Shown: one piece after another, positions 37,597 to 49,109 of the stretch
Layout: the number at the start of each line of letters is the position of its first letter
Position numbering within the stretch: position 1 is the stretch's first letter
From: Selaginella moellendorffii
Lineage: Eukaryota; Plantae; Lycopodiophyta
DNA: 64,000 nt
Direction of reading: 5' to 3'
Assembly: GCF_000143415.4 (NCBI RefSeq)
Contig: NW_003314265.1
Location: 3,778,443-3,842,442 of the forward strand
Translations under genes and position numbers: made by a program
The notes under the pieces: model-generated
What the model was told of the DNA's origin: nothing
The model's database searches: none
What the model saw: only the letters and a program-made list of their open reading frames with translations

Positions 37597-37779
37597 GGGG
37601 GGTTGGGCTTAAGGCGGTAGTGTAAGGCCAAAGCAACACGTCGGGTAGCAAGCTACCGGTGACCATCCTCCCACAAAAAATTAGGTTAATAGCGTTGGGA
37701 CACGTGGCCGCATATCAGCTATTAAACTGATAAGAACAGATACTACACTTGATCTTAACCAAAAGGCCGAGAAAGGTAT
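37597..37779 (-). ncRNA. U2: U2 spliceosomal snRNA (variant)
   Basis: ATACCTTTCTCGGCCTTTTGG..AAGATCAAGTGTAGTATCTGTTCTTATCAGTTTAATA with branch-site recognition GUAGUA and Sm site AATTTTTTG. The 3' end is approximate. Confidence 0.95.
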
Positions 37780-37803
37780 GAGTTTTAATTGCCCCCACCC
37801 CTC

Positions 37804-37851
37804 TTTATATACTCTAGCCCGGGCACGACTCTGCGCCTTCGCATGTGGGAT
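37804..37851 (-). promoter_or_regulatory. Plant snRNA promoter: TATA plus USE
   Basis: TATATAAA about 25-32 nt upstream of +1, and ATCCCACATGC (USE consensus RTCCCACATCG) about 62-72 nt upstream. Confidence 0.85.
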
Positions 37852-37955
37852 AGGCGTGCGCTTACGTGTCTCGCCCTAACAAGGGCACAACTGTCACGTT
37901 TGGGGCAAAAGAAAAGGGTTTTTTAGGGAGGTTTTAGGGTTTCTTCTCTGGAAGG

Positions 37956-38770
37956 ATGGGTGGAAGGGTTACGACCATGAGGCCACTGTGGTGGTTCTTT
38001 AGTGTTGTTTCATGCTTGGTCACTTTGTCCAGCCAGTTGTATTTCTACACCGCCTATTTCACGCTTGCTCCTCCAACATTGATCTGCGCTGATTGCCCTC
38101 GCCCGAGCTGTCGATCCAACCATGGGTATCGCTGGAGCTACCACTACATGGACAACTTCGAGATTGGTGAGCAGTACTCTGCGATTAGATACTGGCGACT
38201 CGCTTGCTTCACTGATGCCCTGTACATCCTGCTTGTGCTCGGCTCTCTTACAGGAGGTAAGCGGTTTACTTTTCTTGCTTTCTTTTGCTCAACAGGAGTT
38301 TTCGCTCAGGTGCCGTTGGAGTTCTTGCCTATTTCCACTATAGGTGGTGCATGCTGATCAGCGTTGCTGTCGGAGCAATCAGTGCCGCACTGAGTCCTCT
38401 GGCACCCACATCTTCGTGGTTCATCGCGTTGCAAGTTTTGTCAGCGATGGGGCATGCTTGTGCGGCGGTGGCATCAGTTTGCAGGCTTGTGGAAGAAGTC
38501 CCAGTGCCTAGCCAGGAGGAGGAGGTTGAAGAAGGTGGGACAAAGTCCTCAGTAGTAAGTTTCATACCAATGGTTGGAGCCCTCTTCATCTCTACCACGC
38601 TGAGCTTTGTAGTCCCAGCGTATAGTTTTTATTCAGATTGGAAGCGGGGAAACATGGTGGTAGCCCTGGCGGATGCTGTTTTGATAGTGGTGCTCACAGT
38701 AGAAATGGTAATACTAGCGGTGATTGATCGACGCAAGAACAAGATGGTCAAAGGCGTCAATTACTGCTAA
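37956..38770 (+). CDS. Uncharacterised multi-pass membrane protein, probably 2 exons
   Basis: Two hydrophobic ORFs joinable by a short gtaag..ag intron starting at ~38257; telo-boxes upstream. Family not recognised. Confidence 0.55.
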
Positions 38771-38956
38771 CATATAAGGGGCTCTTATCCTGCATTTGGC
38801 GACATTTCAGTCACTCCACTAGAACCATACAACCATAGAACCAGGAGGAGAGAGGTAGCTCACGTCAAACACTGTAATCTCAATAAAACTTCCAGATTTA
38901 AGAGATATGCTTGGATACTTGTACAATTCACAACAGGGATCTTCCAAGGATATGGC

Positions 38957-40636
38957 ATGAGGGCGAACGCTTTTTGCGGCCACTTGGACAAAATGGTGGA
39001 TGCTATCAACGCACTTGACAAAGTCACCAGTGTCGTCTCCTGGACTGGGCTGATTTTGAGATATGTCGCGAGTGGCCAGCAAATGCTGGCATTGAGATTG
39101 TTTGCTGCTATGCAGGCCGAAGGAGTTGCTCCAGATTCCCGGACTGTCGTTGCTGCTTTGCGGGCTTGCACTGGCTTGGCAGCGAGTCATGGCTATGGCG
39201 CTCTAGAAGCCGGGAAGAAAATCCATCACCAAGTGTCCATAGCTGGATGCGATATGAATCCGTTTGTGGTGAGCACATTAATTGACATGTATGCCAAATG
39301 TGGGAGCCTCATTGACGCTCGAATGGTTTTCGACAAGAGGTTCGCTCGTTACAACGTTGTGGCATGGAACGCAATGATCTTTGGCTACGTGAACAGCCAC
39401 CAGGAAGGAAAAGCACTGGATCTCTTCTCAAACATGGTCAAAGAGAGAGGCTGTGAACCGACAAGTCGGACTTTGGTTGCGGTGCTCAAGGCTTGCTCGG
39501 GCCTAGCGGAGAAGGAGCTTGCCAAGAGAGTGTACGAGGATGGAGATTTGAGGCTTGTTAAGCTCCACTCGCTAGAGACGGGCATGGCGGTTCACTCATA
39601 CGCTCGGAGTGCTGGATTGGACACTGATATCTTTGTTGCCAACTCCTTGGTCGACATGTATGCCAAGTCTGGCAGCCTGGTAAGCTCGGCTGGAGTTTTT
39701 GATGGCATGATCAGTCGCGACGTGATTTCCTGGACTTCAATGGTGCTTGGCTATGCCGACTGTGGTGGCGAGGAGATGGCATTGGAGGCACTGGCACAGA
39801 TGCATCTCGAGGGCTGCAAGCCGAATTCTCTAACTTTCGCGGCCGCGTTCAAGGCATGCAGCAAGCTTGCAGCCAGGGAAACGTGGACGGAAATTCAAGG
39901 CCGGCGTGTGAAACTCGTTGCTCTCGAGAGAGGCATGGCTTTGCATTCTCAATCTCTCAAGCAAGCCAAAGCCTGTGATGAGTTTCTGCTGAGCAGTTTG
40001 GTGGATCTGTATGGAAGGTGTGGGAGCCTTGCTGATGCTCGCCATGTCTTCGGCCAGACGCGGAGTCATCCTGTTCCTCTCACGTCCCTGATGCTGGGCT
40101 ACACCGAGAGTGGCGAGGCAAGAACCGCCTTGGAGCTGTTCGAACAGGAAAGGAAAGCTGTAGATGCTCGGGCATTTGTGGCCGCGTCGAGAGCTTGCAA
40201 AGCTCTAGCAGAGGAAGAAGAGGCCAGGGCCCTGGATGGCAAGAGTGTCAAGGTTGGAGCTCTAGAGACATGCATGGCGATTCATTCAGCGGCTGCAAGG
40301 TATGGAGTTGACTCGAGCACATACCTGACGAGCTGCCTGATCGAAGTATATGCCGGCTGCGGGAGCTTGTTGGATGCTGTAACCATTTTCAACCAGAGGA
40401 AGTTCCAAGACGTTTTCTCGTGGACAGCTTTGATACTTGCGTATGTTGGAAACGGGCAAGGAGGGCCTGCCTTGCAAGCCTTCAAAGTCATGCAAAGGTC
40501 GCCTTGTTTCTCATTCGCGAATGCTCGCTGTTGTGCTGTTGGTCTTGCGGCCTGTGCTGCATCTGGGGATTCAGAGGCTGCCAGGAAACATTGGCACGAG
40601 ATTTACAGGCGTGGTATTGAAAGACTCATAGATTAG
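38957..40636 (+). CDS. PLS-class pentatricopeptide repeat protein, intronless, probably C-terminally truncated
   Basis: Repeated LIDMYAKCGSL.DA, VVAWNAMI.GY and ALRAC/LKAC motifs. No E/DYW domain before the stop and the AT-rich flank. Confidence 0.9.
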   Translation: MRANAFCGHLDKMVDAINALDKVTSVVSWTGLILRYVASGQQMLALRLFAAMQAEGVAPDSRTVVAALRACTGLAASHGYGALEAGKKIHHQVSIAGCDMNPFVVSTLIDMYAKCGSLIDARMVFDKRFARYNVVAWNAMIFGYVNSHQEGKALDLFSNMVKERGCEPTSRTLVAVLKACSGLAEKELAKRVYEDGDLRLVKLHSLETGMAVHSYARSAGLDTDIFVANSLVDMYAKSGSLVSSAGVFDGMISRDVISWTSMVLGYADCGGEEMALEALAQMHLEGCKPNSLTFAAAFKACSKLAARETWTEIQGRRVKLVALERGMALHSQSLKQAKACDEFLLSSLVDLYGRCGSLADARHVFGQTRSHPVPLTSLMLGYTESGEARTALELFEQERKAVDARAFVAASRACKALAEEEEARALDGKSVKVGALETCMAIHSAAARYGVDSSTYLTSCLIEVYAGCGSLLDAVTIFNQRKFQDVFSWTALILAYVGNGQGGPALQAFKVMQRSPCFSFANARCCAVGLAACAASGDSEAARKHWHEIYRRGIERLID

Positions 40637-41455
40637 ATTGCATTGATTTATTTCAGCTGCTTATTTCGATCTATAAATATATTATTTCACCGTAGAAATG
40701 ACAACTATATGTTGGGAATGCTCATGTATTTATACTGGATAAAAATTACAATACAATATAATATAGATATATTTATCAATACAAGGAGAGATCTTTGGAG
40801 AAATTATTATGTACTATATATATATAAAACTAAAACTCTATAGACATGTAATTTAACACTATATGATTTACCACAATGTCTATAACTAAATGTTGTGTTA
40901 TTTCCATGAGGGTTGGTATATCCTCCTCCACTTGAATGAGCTTCAAGACTGTTCTGAAAGTTACAATCCCAATCCCAATTGTTATTGCGATATATAAAAA
41001 TTTACAAACACCACTAAACGTATCTGGACTCTATGAGCTTAAGTCTTTCCTGGTTCTTGAAAATGATTAAAAAAATTTGATAATTACAATTATAACTACT
41101 GTGCAATGTCATCATTGAGCATTTCCATTTATAAATTATAAACTCTTTCTCTCACTCTCTGTTTTTTTTATTAGAATATATTCTATCCAAATATATGGTA
41201 AGTATATCCTACCTATTCTTAATTGGGCATAGAATATGCTCTGATTAGATCCTCTTCGAAATTCATTAACTTGCATTAATGCACACCCAGGCTGCGTGGG
41301 TCCTCCAAAGTTGCTATAAACGAGAGGCCCTCCCTGGAAGAATATCTAGCGAGTTGTGGAAGAGAAGGTATGTCGTTCTTGTCACCGCCGCAAGCTTCCA
41401 CTTTTGTGCTGGACGAACTTGTGATCCGCTCGCTCTTGCACCAGATCTCGAAGAA

Positions 41456-42223
41456 ATGGCGATCAAGATCTATGGCATTCCCATGTCAACTTGCACTGGC
41501 CGGGTCCTCTACACCCTCAAGGAGAAGAGCCTCGATTACGAGCTGGTTCCCGTCAATCTGGCCACCGGAGAGCACAAGCACCCTCAGTTCCTCGCCAAAC
41601 AGGTACATATCTTTCCCAAAATCTCGGAAAACTAATCCTTTCCTCACATTCCCTGTGCGTAGCCCTTCGGACAGATCCCTGTGCTCGAGAACGAAGGCCT
41701 GACCCTCTTCGGTGAGTAACTCGGAAGACATTTCAATCCCTGACGGCCAAAGTTCTTCCCCCAAAATGCAGAATCCCGAGCGATCTCCCGTTACATCTGT
41801 GACTTGTCTCCCAAAGGAGAGCCGCTCTACGGGAAAACCCCCGAGGACCGAGCACTGGTCGAGCAGTGGCTGGAAGTGGAGTCCCAGAACTTCAACCCCC
41901 CAATCTCCACCATCGTCTTCCAGCTGGTCTTCTCCAAGTTCCGCGGCCTCACCCCGGACCAGGAGGTGGTGGAGAGCAACCTCAAGAAGCTCGACTCGGT
42001 GCTGGCCATCTACGAGAGCCATCTCGCCTCCCAGGACTACCTTGCCGGCAGCTTCTTCTCACTGGCCGACCTCTCGCACGTCCCGTATCTCCACTATCTC
42101 ATCAACGTGGCCAAGAAGGGTGACGTCGTCACCTCCAAGAAGAACGTCAGCGCGTGGTGGGAGAAGATCTCGTCGCGACCGGCATGGCAGGAGGTTGTCG
42201 CTGCTGCCGCTGCTGCTCCGTGA
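41456..42223 (+). CDS. GSTF: Glutathione S-transferase, phi class, 3 exons
   Basis: IYGIPMSTCT, GEHK..FLAKQ|PFGQIP, F|ESRAI, QWLEVE and YLAG.FFSLADLSH. Two introns at phi-typical positions. Confidence 0.93.
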
Positions 42224-42410
42224 TCGTCACGGTTGAAGATCTCCAATAATAAGTGGAGCCGACGACTCCGCGTCTCAATAAGTTTTTGCCGCTGCTAGTG
42301 CGATTCGTTTCCAAGTTAAGACCAAGCTTTGAGTCTCTGTTTCCAATCTTGTCTAGTTTCTCGCTGTCAGATCGTCTTGTCTCGGTTGTCTCGGTATGAG
42401 ATCGTCTTGT

Positions 42411-43420
42411 CTAGTTGTCTCGGCTCGGTTTGAGAGCCAGGGAAAATGTCACTTCTTTCGAGAGTATTCTCATAACAGTTCCGCTCGGGTGGACTTCTTG
42501 ATGCGTGGGAAGGGCCGCGATTCGCTCCAACGCGGAGAAGCCCGAGGCACTAGCTACCTGCGGGATACGGTAGGCATCACAATAGTCGCCATTCGAAGTC
42601 AAGAATTACCTTTCCCCATACGGAAAAGCTGCCATCCCACTCCGGGTGGTCTTCGAGACTGAAGAAAAACTCGCTTGTGCGCTGAAAATCGAAGCTGGTT
42701 AGTAAGGAGACGGAAGTAAAAAGAAAGCCTACCGTGATCAACGACAATGTTCCTTTGGTGTGCTTCCATCTGGACTCAACAGGCAGGTCGACGTCCTGCT
42801 GCTTTCCGCACGAGAATAAACCACCTTGTACAAGCGCATACCTGTTACATGTTTTCGTTTTCGCATCAACAGACCAAAGCAGTGAACTACAAAACAATAC
42901 CCTTTCCGAGGAACTATGCTACCTTGATCATATGTATCACCAGGTGGTTCAGCTCGATAAAAACTACAACCATTGTATGTGCCTTTGGCAACCAGATCCT
43001 GCGGCAAAACTCCAAAACTTAGAAGTGCACTCGGGATATAATCTCCTCTACTTGCCTTGATGAAAGATACTGTCTCAGGAGCAGCTGTGGTTGCAAGCTC
43101 GACCTCGATCTCCTGTTTCTTAAACCAGTTTAATTTTTAAGAGAGCGCAAAATCATACAGACCCCAAATTCGGTGGAGAAAAGCAAGCACTCTGGCCGCT
43201 CAAAGAGAGAAACTGTAACAACAATCAAGAGGGTCAGGCCAGATCTTGACAACCCATCGCTGGACAAACCGTTTTCTCGAAAATTCTGGTTGCTGGCACC
43301 AGTACCAGCAGTAGCTAAAGAAACCTCTGAGTAGCCCACGAACGCTTCATTCCTGGAAACGCATGCTACGACCACGAACCAGACACACAGTAGCAAAAGT
43401 CCAGCTCTGGAAGAACTCAT
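42411..43420 (-). CDS. Cyclophilin-fold (PPIase-like) protein with N-terminal signal/TM, multi-exon
   Basis: APETV..YNGCSFYRAE..LVQGG..EFFFSL.DHPEWDGSFSVWGK. Exon boundaries are approximate. Confidence 0.7.
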
Positions 43421-43694
43421 CCTCTCAAGAACCCTACAAAAGCAGTGAAAAAAGTGAGAAGATAACCAAGTCCAAAGCACAGGAACTCACCAAGCTTGCT
43501 TGGAGGGGAGCTTCAAAGACCTGTAAGCCGTGAGCACAAAGAGAGAAGGAAAAGGAGAAGGAAGCAAACGAGGAAGAACACAAAGTTAAGCTCGCTCTTA
43601 TTTAAAAGCGAAGGAGGCAGCCAGTAGCGATTTACAGTGATAGTAGCGATCATTCTCCTCGCGTGCTTTCTAGATCGCTTGCTTGCCGTGCCTT

Positions 43695-44217
43695 CTAGTC
43701 ACCACTGGCGCAACCCTTGCAGCCACACTGGATGCATTCCAGGACTTTCACTTCCCTGCTCTCGCGAGGCACCCGGCACAGGCAGTTGGTCCCGAAGTTG
43801 TGATCCCTGGGCTGGATGCATCTCAGGCAGCACAGCCGCTCGTAGCCGGGCTTCTTCCACTTGGCGATGAGGTTCTTGTCCACGTAGTTCTGATCGACGC
43901 AGAAGTCGTAGAGCTCCTTGGAAATCTCCTTCTTCTTGTAGTAGAGATCGTATATGTAGCGGCTCTTCTGGTGCGCGATCTTGAAAATCGGCCACGACGC
44001 CTCGCAAATCCTCTTGCCGTCGTCGGATTCATTCACAGCTGCGCAAGAGAGAGCACAACAAGGGATAATATTTTCATCATCCTCGCGGGGAGCCGAAATC
44101 TCAGCGGCGCTTAGCTTGCTTACCTTCGCGCATCTTGCCGTCGAAGGAGTTGAGCGTCTCCTCGATCACCGCCCATCCCTCCGGGTACTCGACCTTGCTC
44201 GTCCGGACCCTCGGCAT
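43695..44217 (-). CDS. BUD31: BUD31/G10 splicing factor, 2 exons
   Basis: [42 protein letters not shown] and [13 protein letters not shown]. Confidence 0.97.
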
Positions 44218-44399
44218 CGCGCAAGAAGAACCCTAAATGCCGGCTCTTAGGGCTTTCTTTATAGTTTAAAATGCTCACAGTTGAACGTTGACAGTTGACT
44301 GTATGACCATATTTACAGCTAAAGAGAATGTTGAACGTTCAACTGGCTTCAAACAGACGATGGGCTTCAAGGTCCACAGGCACAATCTAGCGGCATGGC

Positions 44400-45190
44400 A
44401 ATGTCTACTTGTTAGAATCATGGACACAGTAGATGCCACGGCGAATAAAGGATTAATCTTGGCCTGAGCTTCAGCTTGAGCCAAGCTTGTCTATCAAGTC
44501 ATCCCTGGCTACAAGCTCGTCCAAAACCATGGCAGCATCACCACGAGTGTAGTCGGGGCTGCTTCGAGCAAGACGAGCGAGGAGACCAGACACGGCGTCC
44601 TGTCTCATTCGCGACGCCACTTTCCCCCATTCCATCCCCAGTCCCAACTCCGCTGCTGTGATTAGCATCGAGGGAGAGCAGCTTGTGTGTGCTTGAACAG
44701 CTCGTCCCAGATCTTGTTGTTGAATGCCGCTCGTTGTGCGTTGGTCAGGCAACAATTCCGGAAGAACGCCTCTGCGTCAGACTTGCTGAAGTTTCCAAGC
44801 CCGAACCATTGATAGAGTCCCTGAAAGTGTGGTCGACCGAATATGCCAAAACCACAAGCGCCGCCTGCTTCTGTTTCGTCAGGCACGCCAAAAAACTCTA
44901 GTGCTCGTTCCGATACTTGTTCTGCCAATCGTAACTGGGCATGTGTGAGGATTGTCCAGGACGAAATTCTTGAAACACCGCAGCACCGGCGACAAGCTGG
45001 ATGCTTTGTTCGCCTCGTCTTGCATTCTCGAGAAGAAGTTAGCCGGATCAACAGCAGCTTTCCCTCCAGACAACAACTTCCCGATCCAATTGTTACCTCT
45101 GTGATCTGAGCCTCCATTCCCCAGCGCGGAAGCAAGCACATGTCTCAGGGATATCTGGACCAAGTTCTGCCTATCGTTCTCATTGATTTG
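44400..45190 (-). pseudogene. Frameshifted intronless gene remnant, possibly the C-terminal part of a STAND/ATPase_2-like protein
   Basis: Three overlapping ORFs join into one protein-like run via frameshifts. LGNFSKSDAEAFF..IWDELFKHT.xSPSML resembles the STAND helical/GxP region (weak). Confidence 0.35.
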
Positions 45191-45735
45191 AAGTCGGGCA
45201 ACTTTTCAACGTTCGCCCTATGTGATTCTTTCACTAGCAGTGTGCTCATGCCTTGGGACCCAGCATGACGATGGCATAGCACATAATGGAATTTTGTGGA
45301 CACCTCATTTGATATAATAGGAAGAATTTATTTCTAGGTTTTTCGAAAGGTTTTTATAAGAAGTGGCTTTACTTTCTGGTGGCCTACAATCTAGATTCCA
45401 TGTCAATGACTGCAATATCTCAGATATAAGGTTGTCCATTTGCATTTGTGTGAAGTTTTCTATTATTTGTGCCAAGTTATTCAAGATAATGTTTTATGTT
45501 TATATTATTATTTAAATTATTTTTGGTTTGCTTGGTAGTGGATATACCTAAAATATGCTTGAATATCCTAGAATATTTTACCATTTAACCAATTTTGCAT
45601 TTTGTTTGTAATTTATAAAATTTCTAGTATATTTTTGTTTATTCTATAATCTCGATATATAAATTATAAATGAATGACCACTATAAGGAATAGTCAATTT
45701 GGAGTCTAGATATGTGCATACTCTCAAATATGAGG

Positions 45736-46889
45736 CTAGCTCCCAAAAATACAAATAGTCTCATCCGAGTAGGTTTGCTCTTCCTCACTGCAAGGCCAGT
45801 ATTTGACACCGTGCCTTTGAGTTATCCATAGGCAGCATCCAGCTTTGCTCTCGTCTTCAATGAGCTCAAGCACTCCTGAAATCTCTGTTTGTTGACAATC
45901 ACATATTTAAAACTGGCTCACCATTGTTAACTTTCTCCATTGGAATGAAGCCATCAGCAGCATCGATCATGGTAACTGGTAAAAGGTTTCCCATAGGTGT
46001 GTCTACGAACTAAAACGAGGAAGCACCTGTTACTATGTTGCAGACATAGGATACGCATATAGATCAGACCTCAGGGCAAACAGCATTTACTCGGATTCCT
46101 TCGCTTCGAAGATTCACCAGTGATCTTGTCAGCATGACAACACCGGCTGTGCACAGATCATATCAGAAAATGGAATTCTATGTTTTTCACCATTCATGAA
46201 TCAAACCTTTGGACGCAGCGTAAATTGGTGCACATGGTGCTGGATAGAGTCCCAAGGCAGATGCAAAGTTTATGATACATCCTGGTTTACCAAGGGATTT
46301 CATGGCCTTAATCTGCAGCAAACAAGAGAGGATCTGCTTACAAAAGTAGCAAAACAAGGCAAAATTCTTTACTTCAAGTCGAGTGCACTCTATTGTGCCA
46401 TTCAGGTTGACATCGACAAGTCGACGCCAAAGCCCCTGCTCGTCGTCAATGAAATCACTCGTATGAGCTACTCCAGCACAGTTGATGCAAATGTCCAGAC
46501 TTTTGAAGACGGCGATGTGCTGTTCAAATGCGGACGAGATCTCATCTGTTCTAATCACAAATAAAATGAGCTGGAAGACAAGTTGCTTTGGATTGGGGCT
46601 ATGCTTTACCTGGTTTTGCTACATCACACCGAATACATATCGTAGAAGGTTTGTCTTCAACCTGCAGCTTCTCATACTCCTGCTTGACCATCTCAAGCGT
46701 CTCCAGGGCATTTTTCTCAACAATATCGAGCACAGATATGCTTGTACCTTTCTTAGCAAGAGCCACAGCCAAGGCCCTGCCTGGAGAAAAGAACAAGAGA
46801 AACAGATCAAATCAAAACCAACACTTAGCTATACCAATTCCAGAACCGGCTCCAGTGATGAGCACAGATATTCTTTGCTCAAGCTCCAT
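45736..46889 (-). CDS. Short-chain dehydrogenase/reductase (15-PGDH-like), multi-exon
   Basis: TGAGSGIG, INCAG, NFAS, YAASK, GIRVNAVCPEF and ESKAGCCLWIT. Confidence 0.9.
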
Positions 46890-47000
46890 TACACTGACAG
46901 AAGGCGGACCCTTTCAACAAGCAGACAGGAACATTTCAACGACTGACAGAGGTTAAGTGAAAATTAAGTTAGCACATCTAAATTGAAATCTCCGCGCTCT

Positions 47001-48827
47001 TTAGAAATTAGCGTGGAAGGGAGTATAAGCCTTGAGGTCCTGGTAGATCCCTTCGATGGATCCGATACCCGCGGCGATGGAGATGACTAGACAAAACGCG
47101 CTGATGGCTTGGAGCTTGAGCCACCGCATCGACCACGTTTTGATCTGGGCTTGCTTGATGTGCATCTGGATCGGGAAGTAGACGGTGAGAGGCCAGAAGC
47201 CCATCGCGCCCAGCAAACCCAGCACGTCGTTGAAGAAGGGGATCGCCATGGCTATCACTGTGGTTGCTATCACGAAGAGGCTTCTCCAGACGAGCCGGAA
47301 GAGCGTGGTGGAGTACCTCCAGTGAAGGAGCTTGATCTTGTGAGTGGTGTTGAGAGCGCTGTGTGGCCATTTCTCCAGTGCCCAGGCTTCGACGAAATCG
47401 AATAGAGGCTGACTGTACACCTGATGGAAGTTCCATGCCAAGTTGGTTTTCAGAGGAGAGTTCTTACATTGATCCTTACCTGGTAAGCTCCAACCAAGTG
47501 GAGAACGATGCAAGCGTTTGAAAAGTCAATGAGCCAGTAAGGCTTTTCGAAGCCTTGGCTCAGTAAGTTTCCAGGAGCAGAATCACCAAAGGCCGCGTAG
47601 TTGACACAGGCGATTGACATGTAGAAGGCAGTCGTGGCTAATACTCCAACGAGTGTTGCTTTCTTCATTGTCTTGTTCTCTGGAGGTGTTGATCTTAGCG
47701 TGTCCTGTCGAATTAAGAAACATGAGATGTGTGTTGGATAGAGAGCTTTGTCGTGATGGCTACCTGAATTTCGATCAGAATCATTGAAAAAGAGTAGGCA
47801 AACGCAACGTTTCCCAGCGCCTGGAACACCGCCCAAGTCTTTTGAGCCGGGGTCGTCACTAGACCACCAGGACTACCAGAAACACGACCGTTTCCTGCGA
47901 ATTCATGTAGAGTTGATATATGCGTCGCGAGAAAAAATAAAAAAAATAAAAATAAAAATCCAAAACATACATGCCTATAAGTTTCGCCAGCCCCAGGACC
48001 AAGACGATTGTTGAATACGTGAAGGACATGGCTGTCGCAAGGTACGAAAGCCACCATAGCTCGTGGAAGTTTGGGATTTGCGAGAAAACGAGCTGGATCA
48101 ACCCGAAGGCCGTCACGTACAGATTGACAGAGACACCGCATCCCAACGCTTTCGAGCCTTTGGTGTGAAAGCAATTCGCTCGAGCGATTGCTCTGCGAAA
48201 GAAAAAAGAAACAAACGAATCAGTCATTCAACGCTTGAAAGAGAAAAACACTTACGCCATGCTCAAAGCACCGGTAACAGTGTATCCCACCGCAGTGGCA
48301 GCCAAATTACTGTACTGAGCCAGCGCGCACAGCCACAATTCCACTCTCCCTACAAGGACAACAAAGAGGTTGGAAAAAAATGACCATTGGAAGAAAAAAC
48401 TAAAAGAGAAGAGAACAAGAACACTCACCCAATGTGACTTTCACAGCGTCTTTGTATCGATAGTTCCGCTTCCCAGTGGTGGGATCCGGGAACCTGTAGC
48501 AATCGGCTAGCAAGGCCGAGGTGTAATAAGTCAAATAAGCAAAGATGAGCAGCACAATCGGGCCGGCGATCCATCCCAGCTGCGCGAAGCTCCAGGCCAG
48601 GGAGAGGACCCCGGATCCAATCACGCCAGTGATTACGTGAGCGGCCGCCGACCACACCGTCCCTGGAAGATTTGGGGGAATGGAAATCAAAACAAGGCTC
48701 CAAGAACGCTGGAAATCCGTGGATTCTCATCGCATACCTTGGCGCTTGGGGCGGCCGTCGTCGTCCTTGTCGATCGCGGCTGGCGGAGGAGGAGCGCCCG
48801 CCGCCTCCATGGCGGCCTCCGCCTTCA
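47001..48827 (-). CDS. AAP: Amino acid permease (AAAP/AAP family), multi-exon
   Basis: DDDGRPKR|GTVWSAAAHVITGVIGSGVLSLAW, SQIPNFH, AFAYSFS, APGNLL and FWPLTVYFP. Confidence 0.95.
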
Positions 48828-49109
48828 TTTGGAGGAGCGAGCTCTATCAAAGGCCAAGGAAGAAAGAAAGAAAATCCCTCTCCTCTTCTCTCCCAAGAAA
48901 CGCTTCTAAAAGGCCTTGGACGAGTGTGCACAGAAATTCAAACATTGCTGGCTGCGCTGCGCCTATTCTTCCTCCCAGCGAGGATTTGCCTGGAATAAAA
49001 AATCTTGACCGCTGGTCAATGCTGGAATATTCTTTCTCCTTACATGGAGAATATTCTTATTTTCTTACGGCATTTTTGCTTAGACAGGGGTTAGGGTTCT
49101 TGGAGTGCG

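Noticed and set aside
42345-42430. tcgtcttgtct/ttgtctcgg short repeats as a CRISPR-like or AuxRE array
   Set aside because: Irregular low-complexity repeats in convergent 3' ends, with no spacer structure, in a eukaryotic context.
31169-46889. Extending the biosynthetic cluster to GSTF, SDR, patatins and GTs
   Set aside because: They are interspersed with housekeeping genes, no scaffold-forming enzyme is visible, and they lie outside the amplified unit.
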